Assembly: GCA_035084275.1 (NCBI GenBank)
Contig: CM068772.1
Location: 3,100,001 to 3,164,000 of the forward strand
DNA from: Hydrolagus colliei
Lineage: Eukaryota
Direction: 5' to 3'
Length of the DNA stretch: 64,000 bases
Of the stretch, positions 27,806 to 37,755 are shown piece after piece; position 1 is the stretch's first letter; every line of letters begins with the position of its first letter. Position numbers and translations under genes: made by a program. The notes beneath the pieces were generated by a model, which had not been told where the DNA came from, searched no databases, and worked only from the letters and a program-made list of their open reading frames with translations.

Positions 27806-27910
27806 GGGAAGGATTGTAGCCTCGGTGACCAAGTGGGGTTGTTCGCTGGCAGCCCAGGTTCCTGTTGGCTGGGAGAGGAGAGTGGATCAGGACAGGGTGG
27901 CGTACATCAG
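27806..27910 (+). CDS. MBD6: MBD5/MBD6-family coding exon 1 (5'-partial, +1 frameshift)
   Basis: GKDCSLGDQVG then, one frame over, SLAAQVPVGWERRVDQDRVAYI(S), versus MBD5 [35 protein letters not shown]. Donor AG|gtgagg. Symbol assigned from synteny with DCTN2; sequence is MBD5-like. Confidence 0.85.
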
Positions 27911-28429
27911 GTGAGGGGCTGTGTGCGCACTCGGCTGCCGCGTCTCTCCCCACCCCGCAAAATACAGTCGCTTCACTTTACGGTATGTTCGACGACGTTG
28001 TTTTGAGACGCGTCTCGAAGACTTTGACGAGACTCTGCGTCGGACGCAAGGGATGTTTACTTTCATTATGTCCAGTGTTTGCTGGGTGGGGGGAGAGAGG
28101 GTGGGGGGGTGGGGTGGGGAGTGGGTTTGGGGGAGAGAATTGGCAGATAAACGGCTGATTTTGTTTTTAAACACGGGAGGCTCCTGTGGAGGATTAGCTG
28201 CCGAGTTTCGCCCCACAAAACACGCGGCAAATTATCGTTGAGTCTCAAAGCGTTTCATAGAATATACTGTCAAAAGTGAACTGTCTGTATGTATTGTGAA
28301 TTCTCATATCCCCCCCCCCCCCCCCCCCCACACACACCACCACCACCCCGACCCCCCCCCCCCCCCCACTTCTTCTGTCAGTGGTTTTGTTTCAGGTTCT
28401 GTAAGCTCACCTCTCCCCTTTGTGTCCAG

Positions 28430-28532
28430 TCCCAGTGGCACGGTACTCTCCTCAGTGCAGCAGCTGAGAACGTATCTCCTGACCGAGGGGGCCTGCAAGT
28501 GTGGCCTGGAATGTCCTCTTATCCTGCACAAG
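28430..28532 (+). CDS. MBD6: MBD5/6 coding exon 2 (MBD domain)
   Basis: 103 nt, ccag|T...AAG|gtgagt. (S)[34 protein letters not shown] contains the family CKCGLECPL motif. Confidence 0.93.
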
Positions 28533-28959
28533 GTGAGTCTCCGCCGTTGAGGGAAGCCCGTGCCTCGGCCTCGGCCTCTGTCGAGCCTCCCTGGGATCCG
28601 CTCGTGTCTCCCCCCGCGCGAGAGAGGTGCGGAATATAAACGCACGGTTGCTGGTGTTGTTGTTGTTGTGTATCGTACCTTTCCATGGCCTGTGTGACAT
28701 CCCCTGAAACAGTTTGCAAAGTACTTCAGCGTGGCTTTTTCTCTGGTACGGAGAGAGGAGGCTGACATGCGCAGAGCTCTCCGTGTCGGTCAGTGTCACT
28801 CTCCCCTCGACCGCCAGAAGGTTGCGGGTTCAAGCCCCACCTCGCGACTTCTGAGCTCACGGTCTTTGGGTTTCTCTCCATGCCTCATGTAACAGTCCCC
28901 CCCCGGTTTCCCATTCGTTCGAGGGTTGGGATGGTCTCGCGTGCAAATGGCCCGTACGT

Positions 28960-29132
28960 CTCTGGAAGACGTTGCCTCCCTTCAAGGGGACACCTTGAGA
29001 CCTTCCTCTTCGACCCAACCTCCCACCCCACCCCACCCCCAGCTCAGGTCCAAACCCCTACCTGTCCAGCACCTTGGGTTGTCCCCCCAAAGTGAAAGGC
29101 GCAGTGTAAATCCCATTTTGTTGTTGTTGTTG
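28960..29132 (+). mobile_element. L2 LINE 3' fragment
   Basis: CTCCCTTCAAGGGACACCTTGAGACCTTCCTCTTCGAC...GTGAAAGGCGCAGTGTAAATCCCATTTTGTTGTTGTTGTTG. Confidence 0.75.
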
Positions 29133-29151
29133 ATGAGACTCTGGGTTGCAG

Positions 29152-29326
29152 GCGTTCAGCTTTGATCCTGGGGTGAGTGTGAAGCGAAGGACGGCCGAGG
29201 ATGTCAAAGCGGACGAAGATGTGCTGAAGCTCTGTAATCACAAAAGGAAGATCATCGCCATGGCCACGCTTCACAAGAGCCTGGAGAGCACACACTCATC
29301 ACTCACCCTGGCCAGCCCCGCCACCG
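29152..29326 (+). CDS. MBD6: MBD5/6 coding exon 3
   Basis: gcag|GCG...ACC G|gtacgt. [45 protein letters not shown] versus MBD5 [45 protein letters not shown]. Confidence 0.93.
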
Positions 29327-29817
29327 GTACGTACCAAACACTTGTTTTGGGTGGTTGTGGGGGGGGAGGGGAGTGGGGGCGGGGGGCGGGTAGTCATTCC
29401 CCCAGTGACTAGACTCCTCTTCCAGGTCGTGCCGATGAGCTGCGTTGTCATCAGCCGCCTTGGGAAGTCCTCCCCTCCCGACGTGAGACGTGCTCTGTAA
29501 CTGTAATTTTGTTGTCGTTGGCTCAAAGGGCCAGATGACCCCTGGCTCCATTGTGACATTACTTTGCAAAGAGTTACAGTATCTCTGGGGTTTACAACCA
29601 TTATTATAAACGGATATAACATTACCCGAGAAGGTTTTACTCTCAAGAGAATGTCTTGGGATTGTGAAAGGCGCTATATCAAGCGCCAGGATCAGTGTTG
29701 TTTATGACCTGAGCTGGGAGGGTGAGGAACCAACCCTTTGTGACCAAAGTGGAAGACCGTGAACTGGGCAAGTCTTCGTTTGTGATTCCAAAGTCTCTTT
29801 GTTTCTGTGAATTTCAG

Positions 29818-31748
29818 GAGGGAATGCAGGCCTGCTGACCCACACTACCCCCCCCGGGCCAGCGCTGGGCACACCGCAGCATTCGCTATCGCCAGAGTAC
29901 AAGAATGTTTTTCTGTCCAAGCTCATGGGGGCTCCCAACTCCCTGGGAAGGCCCTTCCAGCCGGTGTCTTCTCCGGACCAACAGCACGACCCTCACTCTG
30001 GTTACCCCCGGCAGAGACACGGCAGCTCTGACCACAGACAGACTTCTCCTTGCTCCCGCCATCGTGGGGGAGACCCTCCCAATCCCATGGGGGCCGGGAC
30101 CCTGCCCGCCACTGGCGCTCTGTCTCCTCGCCTCGACGGGAAAGGAAGATGCGAAACTTTTCCCAGGACTTATTCCCCTTTTAACCCTGAACTCCATTTG
30201 CACCAAAACCCTTTGATGGCCGCGGGGCTGCCACCGAAGCCCCAGGCGCTGCTCTCGCACGGTATGATCAGCCCTCCGCCTCCTCTCCCTCCGCTCCCCC
30301 CGCTCTCCAAACAGCCCCCTGCTCAAGAACTCTTGCGGCTTCACCTCGAGCGCTGAGGTCACGGCCTCCGGGTTCCAGAAACGTTCTCCGGGCCCCGCCG
30401 CCTCTCTTCAGAATCCCAAACAGTCCTTCGAGAAGGATCCCTTCGGCATCTTGGATCTGATCTGCCGCAGCCCGGAGGCCTCGGTTGGAGGGGTGGCTGC
30501 CCCGAATGTAAACGTGGCGCAGTCTGCGGCCCCGCCGCTCGGACCGTCTCCCTTCGCCGGCTCACGGAAACTCCCACCCCGAGTCCTCCCTCGCTCAAGC
30601 AGTCGGGGTGGTCAAGCGAGCGCCCCAGAGGTCCCGGCCTTCGTCCACCTCCTCGGACCCGGGCGGCTACACGCTGACCGGCCAGCAGACACGCTGCAGC
30701 ACCCCAAAGTCGCACTCGAGATCCCCGAGGTCCCTGAACTCCCCCAGGCCCTCGTTGCCGCCGAGTCCCAAGGCCAAAGTGGACGGGTTTTTCCAGCAGT
30801 ACAAGGAGCTCTCCTGCCCGCTCTTCGCTGCGGCCGGCAATGCCGTGAGCCACCACCAAAGCCTCCCCCTGCACCTGCCCCTGCCCACTGACAACGTGCC
30901 TCAGCCGATCAAGCCGCCAGGCCTCCTCGGCATGCCTTTGAACGAGATCTTCAGCCAACCGCACAACGCTGCCTTCTTCCCAGCGAGCAGCTTGCTCTCG
31001 GCGGCGGCCAAAGCCCAGCTGGCCAGTCAGAACAAGATGGCGGCCGGCGGCGGGTACCACCACGCCACGGCCACCGGCAACCATCGGACCCCTGAGATAC
31101 AAAGCACTTTACCAAACCATTTCTCTCCCGCTCCCAATCGGCTCCTACCCGTGGCTGACCCCGGCCGCGGCCCCCAGAGGGACAGGGGGCCACCGGCTCC
31201 ACACAAGGATTTGTCCAAGAAACGGAAAGCCACCACGCCCACGGTCCTGAGCATGCTCAAACAGTCCCAAACCAACCTGGCCAACGGGTCCAAGCTCGAA
31301 GCTGAGGTACCGAGGAACCAATGGCCCAATCTCTCCCTGGTCAATCAGCCCATGTCTCAGTTACTTCACTCGTTGAGTGCCCAGAGCTCTCAGGCAAATA
31401 GCAATAACAGTACTTGTCATATAAACTCTGTGTCTTTTCCACCTTGCACCAATAACCAGTTCAGTATCATAGCATCCAACCTGAACCCTTCTCCTGTGCA
31501 GAACCTACCGGTTGTGAATGTGCCTGTTGGGTCTGTTGGAGAGACAGCCTCCAGCCAAAGTCTAAGCACTAACCTACTCTCTAGCTATCAGGAGGCCAAC
31601 AGTCACCTTCTTGGGCTGGTGGGCCAGCTGGCTCTGTGTTCCCCGGGGCCGTCTTCGGGAAGTGCCCCGGTCCTCAAGATTCCAGCCTCCACGCTGCTCG
31701 TGCTCCCACACGGCTCCGGCGGCGGCAGCCAAAACCCGGCTGACGTGG
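29818..31748 (+). CDS. MBD6: MBD5/6 coding exon 4 (large Pro/Ser-rich exon) with two apparent +1 frameshifts
   Basis: ttcag|GA...GTG G|gtaagt. MBD5-like blocks YPRQRHGSSDH, EKDPFGILD and PQRSRPSSTSSD fall in three successive frames. PGLLGMPLNEI, FPASSLLSAAAKAQLASQNK and KRKATTPTVLSMLKQSQ follow in the third frame. Confidence 0.88.
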
Positions 31749-31969
31749 GTAAGTCGACCTCAGAGCGACCGGGAGTGTCCCCCCCCTTTTAACGTGCTTC
31801 TTGCGGTGACGCCAGCGAGAGAGAAACCCACCTTCGCGTGCGTTGTCGGGTGTTTGTGGGTTAAGAATGTGAGAAATTTGCTTCAGCGAAAGAAGACCGT
31901 CTGGTTTGCCCCATCCACCATCCTGGCAGTCGCTTGCCATGTTGTGTCCCAAACTATATACCAGTCACT

Positions 31970-32160
31970 TAATCCACGACTGTTTGGTTGGGGTGGGTGG
32001 GGGGGGTCGGGACACGGACGCTGTCGTGCGCAATTGGCTGCCGCGTTTCGCCCACAAAATAGGCAGTCACTTCACTTGACAGTATATTCTGTGAAGCGCT
32101 TTGAGACACAGTCTGGAAGACGTGAAAAGCCGCGATATCAAACGCCAGGAATCATTTATT
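31970..32160 (+). mobile_element. SINE 3' half
   Basis: GTGCGCAATTGGCTGCCGCGTTTCGCCCACAAAAT...TATTCTGTGAAGCGCTTTGAGACAC...CGATATCAAACG, the same tail as 34990-35140. Confidence 0.75.
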
Positions 32161-32305
32161 ATAAGTTGACTATCAGGGCAGAGGCCATGCAGGCTTGGAG
32201 ACACCACCCTCCAACTAAGATATATTTGGGGTTTTGTTTCCCCAGAATAAATGGATTCTAATGAATGATTGCTAAACTGTGGGTGTCTTTCTGTTTGTGT
32301 TACAG

Positions 32306-33093
32306 AAGGTGCTGGCCAGTCTGTCTCCATCTCTATCGCTGGCAAAGGTCATCCCGCCATCACCAAGACAACCTCAGTCCTCAATCCTGGTGTGATAGTT
32401 ACCACTACAGTAGATGGATCCTTGTCCAGCCCATTGCCTCTTGCAGATGCCTTTGCGTTCATTAACCAGGATCAGGTGCTTCCATTTGGACACTCGACAT
32501 CCCCGAGTGGTGGACAATCCAATCCTCTGAACCCAAACCTACTTAGCTCCCTTCCCATCTCTCTACCCATGAACCAGCAACCGACTCTCAACCAAAACCC
32601 ATTGCAGTTGGTTTCCACTGCAGTAGAAGGGCAGGGCGATGGCATGTTGAACCTGTTGGGCCTTCTTAACCCTACCTTGAACCCAGCTTTACCTCCAAAT
32701 TCCAATGACCTCGATGGACAAACACTACAAGCCCTCCAGATCCTAATGACTGCCTTGCATAAGAACCAGTCCCAAGCAAGCTTGCTTCCCCTGGCATCCC
32801 TTAACCTGTCTGTTCCAGACTTGGTACAACAGCAGACTAACTCCTTGCCCTCTGTTATCCAGCTTCCTACCCTACAGGACCACCTATCCAGTGCCCAGGC
32901 AACAGGAGAAAGAGCAGACGGATTGATAACCAATCCACTTGGCAATGCATTTGGTGGACTCTCTAGTAATGATGGCTCCTCACAATCCCTTCTCTTCCCA
33001 ACAGCGTCTTCTACCCCAGCCTTACTGGCCTTAAACCAGCAACTCCTAGCTGCACTCCTCAGTTCTTCGTCAGACAATGTTAGTCAACCTCAG
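32306..33093 (+). CDS. MBD6: MBD5/6 coding exon 5 (long form)
   Basis: tacag|AAG (NAGNAG)...CAG|gtaggg. SISIAGKGHPAITKTTSVL and LNPNLLSSLPISLPMNQQ match MBD5 HPAITKTTSVL / LNPSLLSSLPISLPVNQQ. Confidence 0.9.
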
Positions 33094-33778
33094 GTAGGGT
33101 ACACCGTTGAGGGAGACGCTCAATTAGTTGTGAGTGAATGAATGAGTGTAGTAGCCCACCTCGTGTGTAAAGCTGCCTTTCCTTTGTTTGCGCGGGTCTT
33201 GTGTTCTGGAGCGTGTTTTCAATCGGTGAGTTCATTGTGCGCGTGGGTTTGCTCAGCTGGCTGATGGCCTGAGTGGAAACGCGTCACCCTGGCATAAGAG
33301 TCTCCAAACCCAGCTGAGAATTCCATGCCTCCTCCTACGTACACGTGCAAATCCCAGAGTAGATTGTTGCAATGGAACGCTCTCTCTCTCTCAGGAGGGA
33401 CGCATGTTGCTTGCCTATATCTGAAGAGCAGTAGGTGGTGGTTGGCATGAACCAAGGCTTGTGGACAGTGTGCGTTGGGGGCTAACTGCTGGAGTCTACA
33501 GCTGAAACTCCGTGGCTTGCTGCGGAGAGTGCTGTAAAACGCTCGTTACACTTCATTCACCTGAGAGGTTGAGCAAGGCTACGTTCGCTGTCTTGGTGTT
33601 CAGTTTGAAAGGAAATGGTGCCAGGGTTATTTGGAGCCAGTGACACTGTGGGAGGCAAGGGGCGGGTGGGAGGGGGAGTTTTTAGAAGGCGAAGGAAGGC
33701 CATTTATATATGAGCTCCCTCCCCGGGGAAGGTGGAAAATGTGTGGCCTGTGATGTTTACTGCTGTTCCTATCCGCAG

Positions 33779-33974
33779 GTCTGTCTTTCAGCCGTTTCCC
33801 TAGGCTCTGCAAATACCACCAACACCGCCTCCCCTTCCCTGGAGGGCAACGTGGTCTTGCCGATGGCTGAATCCTTGCTGCCTTTAGCCAATTCTGGAAC
33901 CGCAGCCTTTCCCGCAAAACTCAACGCTCTCACGCCTCACCTGCTGAACCCTCTACTAGGTGCCAGCTTTGTTG
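33779..33974 (+). CDS. MBD6: MBD5/6 coding exon 6
   Basis: gcag|GTC...GTT G|gtgagt, 196 nt, phases consistent. ...VVLPMAESLL...PAKLNALTPHLLNPLLGASFV resembles the MBD5 long-isoform segment. Confidence 0.85.
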
Positions 33975-34541
33975 GTGAGTTCCTGCATTGGGTTTCATTC
34001 TACCCACTCGCTCCAATTTCCAATTTTGCTCCCTATTCTCTCTCGAAGACATGTCGACTCCCATTTTTCCTACCACCGTTAGGGTGTGAGGAAGGGGCTG
34101 GGGGAGAATTTATACGTGAGCTTCCCCGGGAAAAGTAAACCGTGAAGCTCTGTGTGACTTTATGGCTGTTCCTATCCAGGGTTGTTGTGAGCTTGTTTCC
34201 CTCGAGTCAAGCCTGTGCTTCAGATACCAGCTCTTGAAGCGCTTTGAGACATCTAAAAGACTTGAAAAGCGCTACATCAAATGCAAGGATTTTTATTTGT
34301 TACTGATAGTGAGCATCAAGAGGGTATTTATTGGACGCGGGAGAAGGCTTGGTCCTCAGTCAGTGCCTTCGGGAGGCTGGGGGGAGGGGAGGGCAAACTT
34401 CTTTCCATAGAAACCCGGCCAAACGATTTCCCCCCGTACCGGCAACAACCGTCACCGCGTCTCTCCCGGCCCCGATGGGAGGTCGGCGGCGACTGGAGGG
34501 AGCCTCGGATGGACTGGACTGTCCCCGCTCTTGTTTTGCAG

Positions 34542-34735
34542 GCGACCTGTCGGCGTTGAGCCAGCCTCAGCTGCAAGCCATTGTCGGCGGCAACTCCATG
34601 TTCCTCCAGAGCCAGCAGCCCCTTCTCCAGGCTCTGCAGGGGCCGCTCGGGATCCAGATGTTCCAAAGCCAGCTGCCCTTCCCAGGCCCCATCCATCACA
34701 CTAACCCCTTGTCCTGTCTCTTCCACAATGTCCAG
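34542..34735 (+). CDS. MBD6: MBD5/6 coding exon 7
   Basis: ttgcag|GC...CAG|gtaagt, 194 nt. Ends NPLSCLFHNVQ versus MBD5 NPMACLFQNFQ. Confidence 0.9.
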
Positions 34736-34787
34736 GTAAGTGGGCGCCTGCGGGCGGACATGGAGTTGCGCCGTGTTGTATCGAATG

Positions 34788-35140
34788 GGAAGCTCCGTTA
34801 GCTCAGTGGTTAGATGGCTCGCCTGACAAGCGCGAGAGACCTGTGTTTTGAATCCAGGCAGGTCAGGGTGAAACCTTGGGCAAGTTTCCTTACTCCACAC
34901 ACACACACACACACACACACACGCGCTTAATACTCCCCCCAAAAAACCACAATAATAAAAATTGGTTATTTTCAATCCACGGCTGTTTGTGGGGGACGCT
35001 GCTGTGCGCAATTGGCTGCCGCGTTTCGCCCACAAAATATACAGCCAATTCACTTTGCAGTATATTCTGTGAGGGACTTTGAGACATCGATAAGACATGA
35101 AAAGCTCTACATCAAATGCAAGGATTATTATTAATATTAT
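34788..35140 (+). mobile_element. Full-length tRNA-derived SINE (~350 bp) with internal (CA)n and (ATT)n tail
   Basis: A-box AGCTCAGTGGTTAGA, body GGGCAAGTTTCCTTACTCCA(CA)n, GCTGTGCGCAATTGGCTGCCGCGTTTCGCCCACAAAAT, tail ATCAAATGCAAGGATTATTATT. Confidence 0.88.
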
Positions 35141-35194
35141 TAAAGCATTATTTTCAACGTCTCACTGGGTTTTAATTGATATTTTACTTTGCAG

Positions 35195-36088
35195 GTGAAT
35201 GTGGGTCAGTCTCTGAACCTCCCTAAACTAGGAAACCTTCCCGACCCGTCGGCCCCTCCAGCAGAGACCTCCTTCTCCAGCCTGATACCTTCCCACCATC
35301 ACTCGGCCAGCCCCGGCCACCAGCCCCTGCAGCACAAGCTTCACGTGGTCGAGCCCGACAGCGCTTGCATGGACGCTCTGTACAACACAGTCCTGGACGC
35401 GGTGGGGAAAGTGACGAGCACAGCGCCTGGCAGCGTCTTCTACTCCAGGACAGTCCCAGCCTTCAGCACCGCCAGTGCCTTTACAGCCTCTGTGTCTGAC
35501 TCTGCCGTGGCGCCCAGCGGCGAGAGCGAGCTTGCGGCGGGGGGAGGAACCCTGCTGGCCCGGGGCCACGCAACGGAGCAGCCACCCAGCGACCCCCACC
35601 CCGTCAGGCTCTTCGCTGAGCGGGCCTGCGGCACCGAGCGGCTCGGCCGAGACCCTGGCTCCTCGCGCCACCATTTCGTGGAGCAGGCCGCCGCTAAAGA
35701 CACCGCCAGCAATACGTGTACGTGTCGCAGCCGTGCGCACTGTGAAATCTCAGGGCATCACCGTAGTGTGGAAACATCACCGGTCTCCCGCGGGGAGGCC
35801 GGGGCGGAGGGGGAGAGCCGGGGGGCGACGCAACGAGGCTCCGAGCAGCGGCAGAGACACGTACCGACGGACACCGGGCGCTGCAACGGGGAGGGCCGGG
35901 CGGAGAGCACACACACACGCTCCCTGGGCCCCAGCAAGGGAGAGCTGGCAGAGCACGGGGGGCGAAGGACGAATGACTCTAACAGCCCCGAGGAGGGTCC
36001 CGGGAAAGGATTCCCTCCCTGGGCGGACAAGCCAGCGGGGCTCGGTAGTGTGCAGCAATCCGGTCAGGAAAGGAGTGAGGAAGACAAG
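35195..36088 (+). CDS. MBD6: MBD5/6 coding exon 8, ending in a degenerate PWWP-like segment
   Basis: ttgcag|GTG...AAG|gtgggt, 894 nt. DALYNTVLDAVGK and PAFSTASAFTASVSD match MBD5 DAIYKAVVDAASK / PALSAMSAFTASIGD. Ends GKGFPPWADKP...QERSEEDK. Confidence 0.88.
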
Positions 36089-36105
36089 GTGGGTGTTACT
36101 GCGGT

Positions 36106-36445
36106 AATAACAACAACAACTTGGATTTGTATCGCGCTCTCGCCTGACTCCACGCCGAACGGCGTCTCAGAGCGGGATCCCGTGGCTGAGCTGGTGGGGG
36201 TTGGGGGGGGGGGGGGGGGGGGGAGAAGGCGACCGAAAGCACCGTCGAAAAGAAAGGTCTTTAGCCGAGACCTGAAAATAGGAAAGGAGGGGAGGGTAGC
36301 GGTAGTGAAGGGAGTGAGGGGGGGAATTCCAGAGCCTCGGGGGGTGGTGGCTGAAAGCACGGCCACCGATGGTGGAGCGGAGGGTTCGGAGGCCAGACCC
36401 GGTGGAGCGAAGGCAAAGGGTGGTGGTTGTAAGGGGAGAGGAGGT
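36106..36445 (-). mobile_element. 5'-truncated L2 LINE
   Basis: Reverse strand LRSTGSGLRTLRSTIGGRAFSHHPPRLWNS / FRSRLKTFLFDGAFG. (CAA)n tail at 36106-36120. Confidence 0.85.
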
Positions 36446-36743
36446 CAGAAAGGAACTATTATTATAATAATACTTGTGTTTGATATAAAGCCTCATATTG
36501 TCTACAGTGTCTCCACCAAACACAGGATAGCTGTACAGTATAAGATTCTCTCGGGTTACGTTATTGGAACAGAACCACACAAACATGACATACGCATCCT
36601 GCGGATGTCTCTGAAATCCAGCACCAGGGACTCAACGGCCAGAGTGTGGAGCACTCTAACCCAGAGGGCTTTGCTCCTCTTCCCCTTCCCTTGGCCCCCC
36701 ACCCAGAGACTCCTGGCTCATAACCCTGTACTTTCTCTGCCAG

Positions 36744-36817
36744 GTAATACCTGAGAACATGAAGACACTATTGGCAGGGCTCGAAGCGCCGCACAGAACC
36801 AGGAAAAGAAGTAAGAA
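36744..36817 (+). CDS. MBD6: MBD5/6 coding exon 9
   Basis: ccag|GTA...AAG AA|gtaagt, 74 nt. VIPENMKTLLAGLEAPHRTRKRSK versus MBD5 [24 protein letters not shown]. Confidence 0.88.
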
Positions 36818-37115
36818 GTAAGTAACTGCGCTGACTGCTGCCCTGCGGAGTTAGCCTCTGGCCGGATGGGTCAAAGTCTCAATCTTGGTCTAGGAATGGA
36901 AGTGTCAGCCAACATTGTCACCCCCTACCCCCACTCCATGTCACCATACTTCAGCATATAGTTGATTGATGCCTTTTAAGAGAAGAAAAGTTGGGTGGTG
37001 GAGTGGGGGGGGGGATATAAGAAAATGACCTATTTGGTGTGGGAGAGATTGTTGAAGATTTAACGTTGGAATGATTAACGTTCAGTCTGTCCTCTCTCTC
37101 TCTCTCTCTCTGTAG

Positions 37116-37191
37116 CACTCCCAAGATGAACAGCAATCTGGAAGTTGCTTTGCAAGAGGCCATGATGGAACTAGACCAAATAACAGCCAAT
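37116..37191 (+). CDS. MBD6: MBD5/6 coding exon 10
   Basis: (CT)n tgtag|C...AAT|gtaagt, 76 nt. TPKMNSNLEVALQEAMMELDQITAN versus MBD5 [25 protein letters not shown]. Confidence 0.9.
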
Positions 37192-37755
37192 GTAAGTGGG
37201 TTATCTGGGTGGGGATCGCTCACGGTTGGGGTGCTGGGGAGATGGGGGGGGGTGGGGGGGGGGGGGGGGGGGGGGGGGGAAGGGAAGCTGACCTCAGTAA
37301 GCAAGTAGTAAACATACAGAACCAGTTCTCTGGGGATATTAGAAGCAGAAATTGGCGATTCTTTCAAGTATAAATGAGATGAGATTTGTGTCGGGAAATG
37401 ATATGTTGGGTTACAGTACATGGTTTGGGAAGCGCTCTGAGACGCCGTGCGGCATGGAGGGCGCTATATGAATCAAACTTGTTGTTGCTGGAGAAGAGGA
37501 CAAGTAAGTTGGGCAAGTAGGTCACTGCCAGAATGGCGGCAGGCAAAAACAAAAGGACCTTGGGACTTCATTTCACATAAGAAAATTCTTACGTGACTGC
37601 AAAAGAAAAATTTAAATAGGTGGGTGGAAAAATAGGCCGCAGGAATGTGGATGTGATGGGGGAGTTCCAGGCTGAGGAAGGAAGTTAGACCAACATTTGA
37701 GAGATAACTCTATGGAATACTTTATCCCCCTCCCCCTTTTTTTTTCCCCTGGCAG

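Noticed and set aside
30359-33077. Antisense ORFs of 200-250 aa (30359-31102, 32472-33077)
   Set aside because: Shadow ORFs opposite long coding exons of the MBD gene; no independent motifs.
36089-36754. C-terminal 220 aa of the 521-aa ORF 35189-36754
   Set aside because: Read-through past the exon 8 donor into an antisense L2 and a G homopolymer of uncertain length. MBD5 homology resumes only in spliced exon 9, in another frame.
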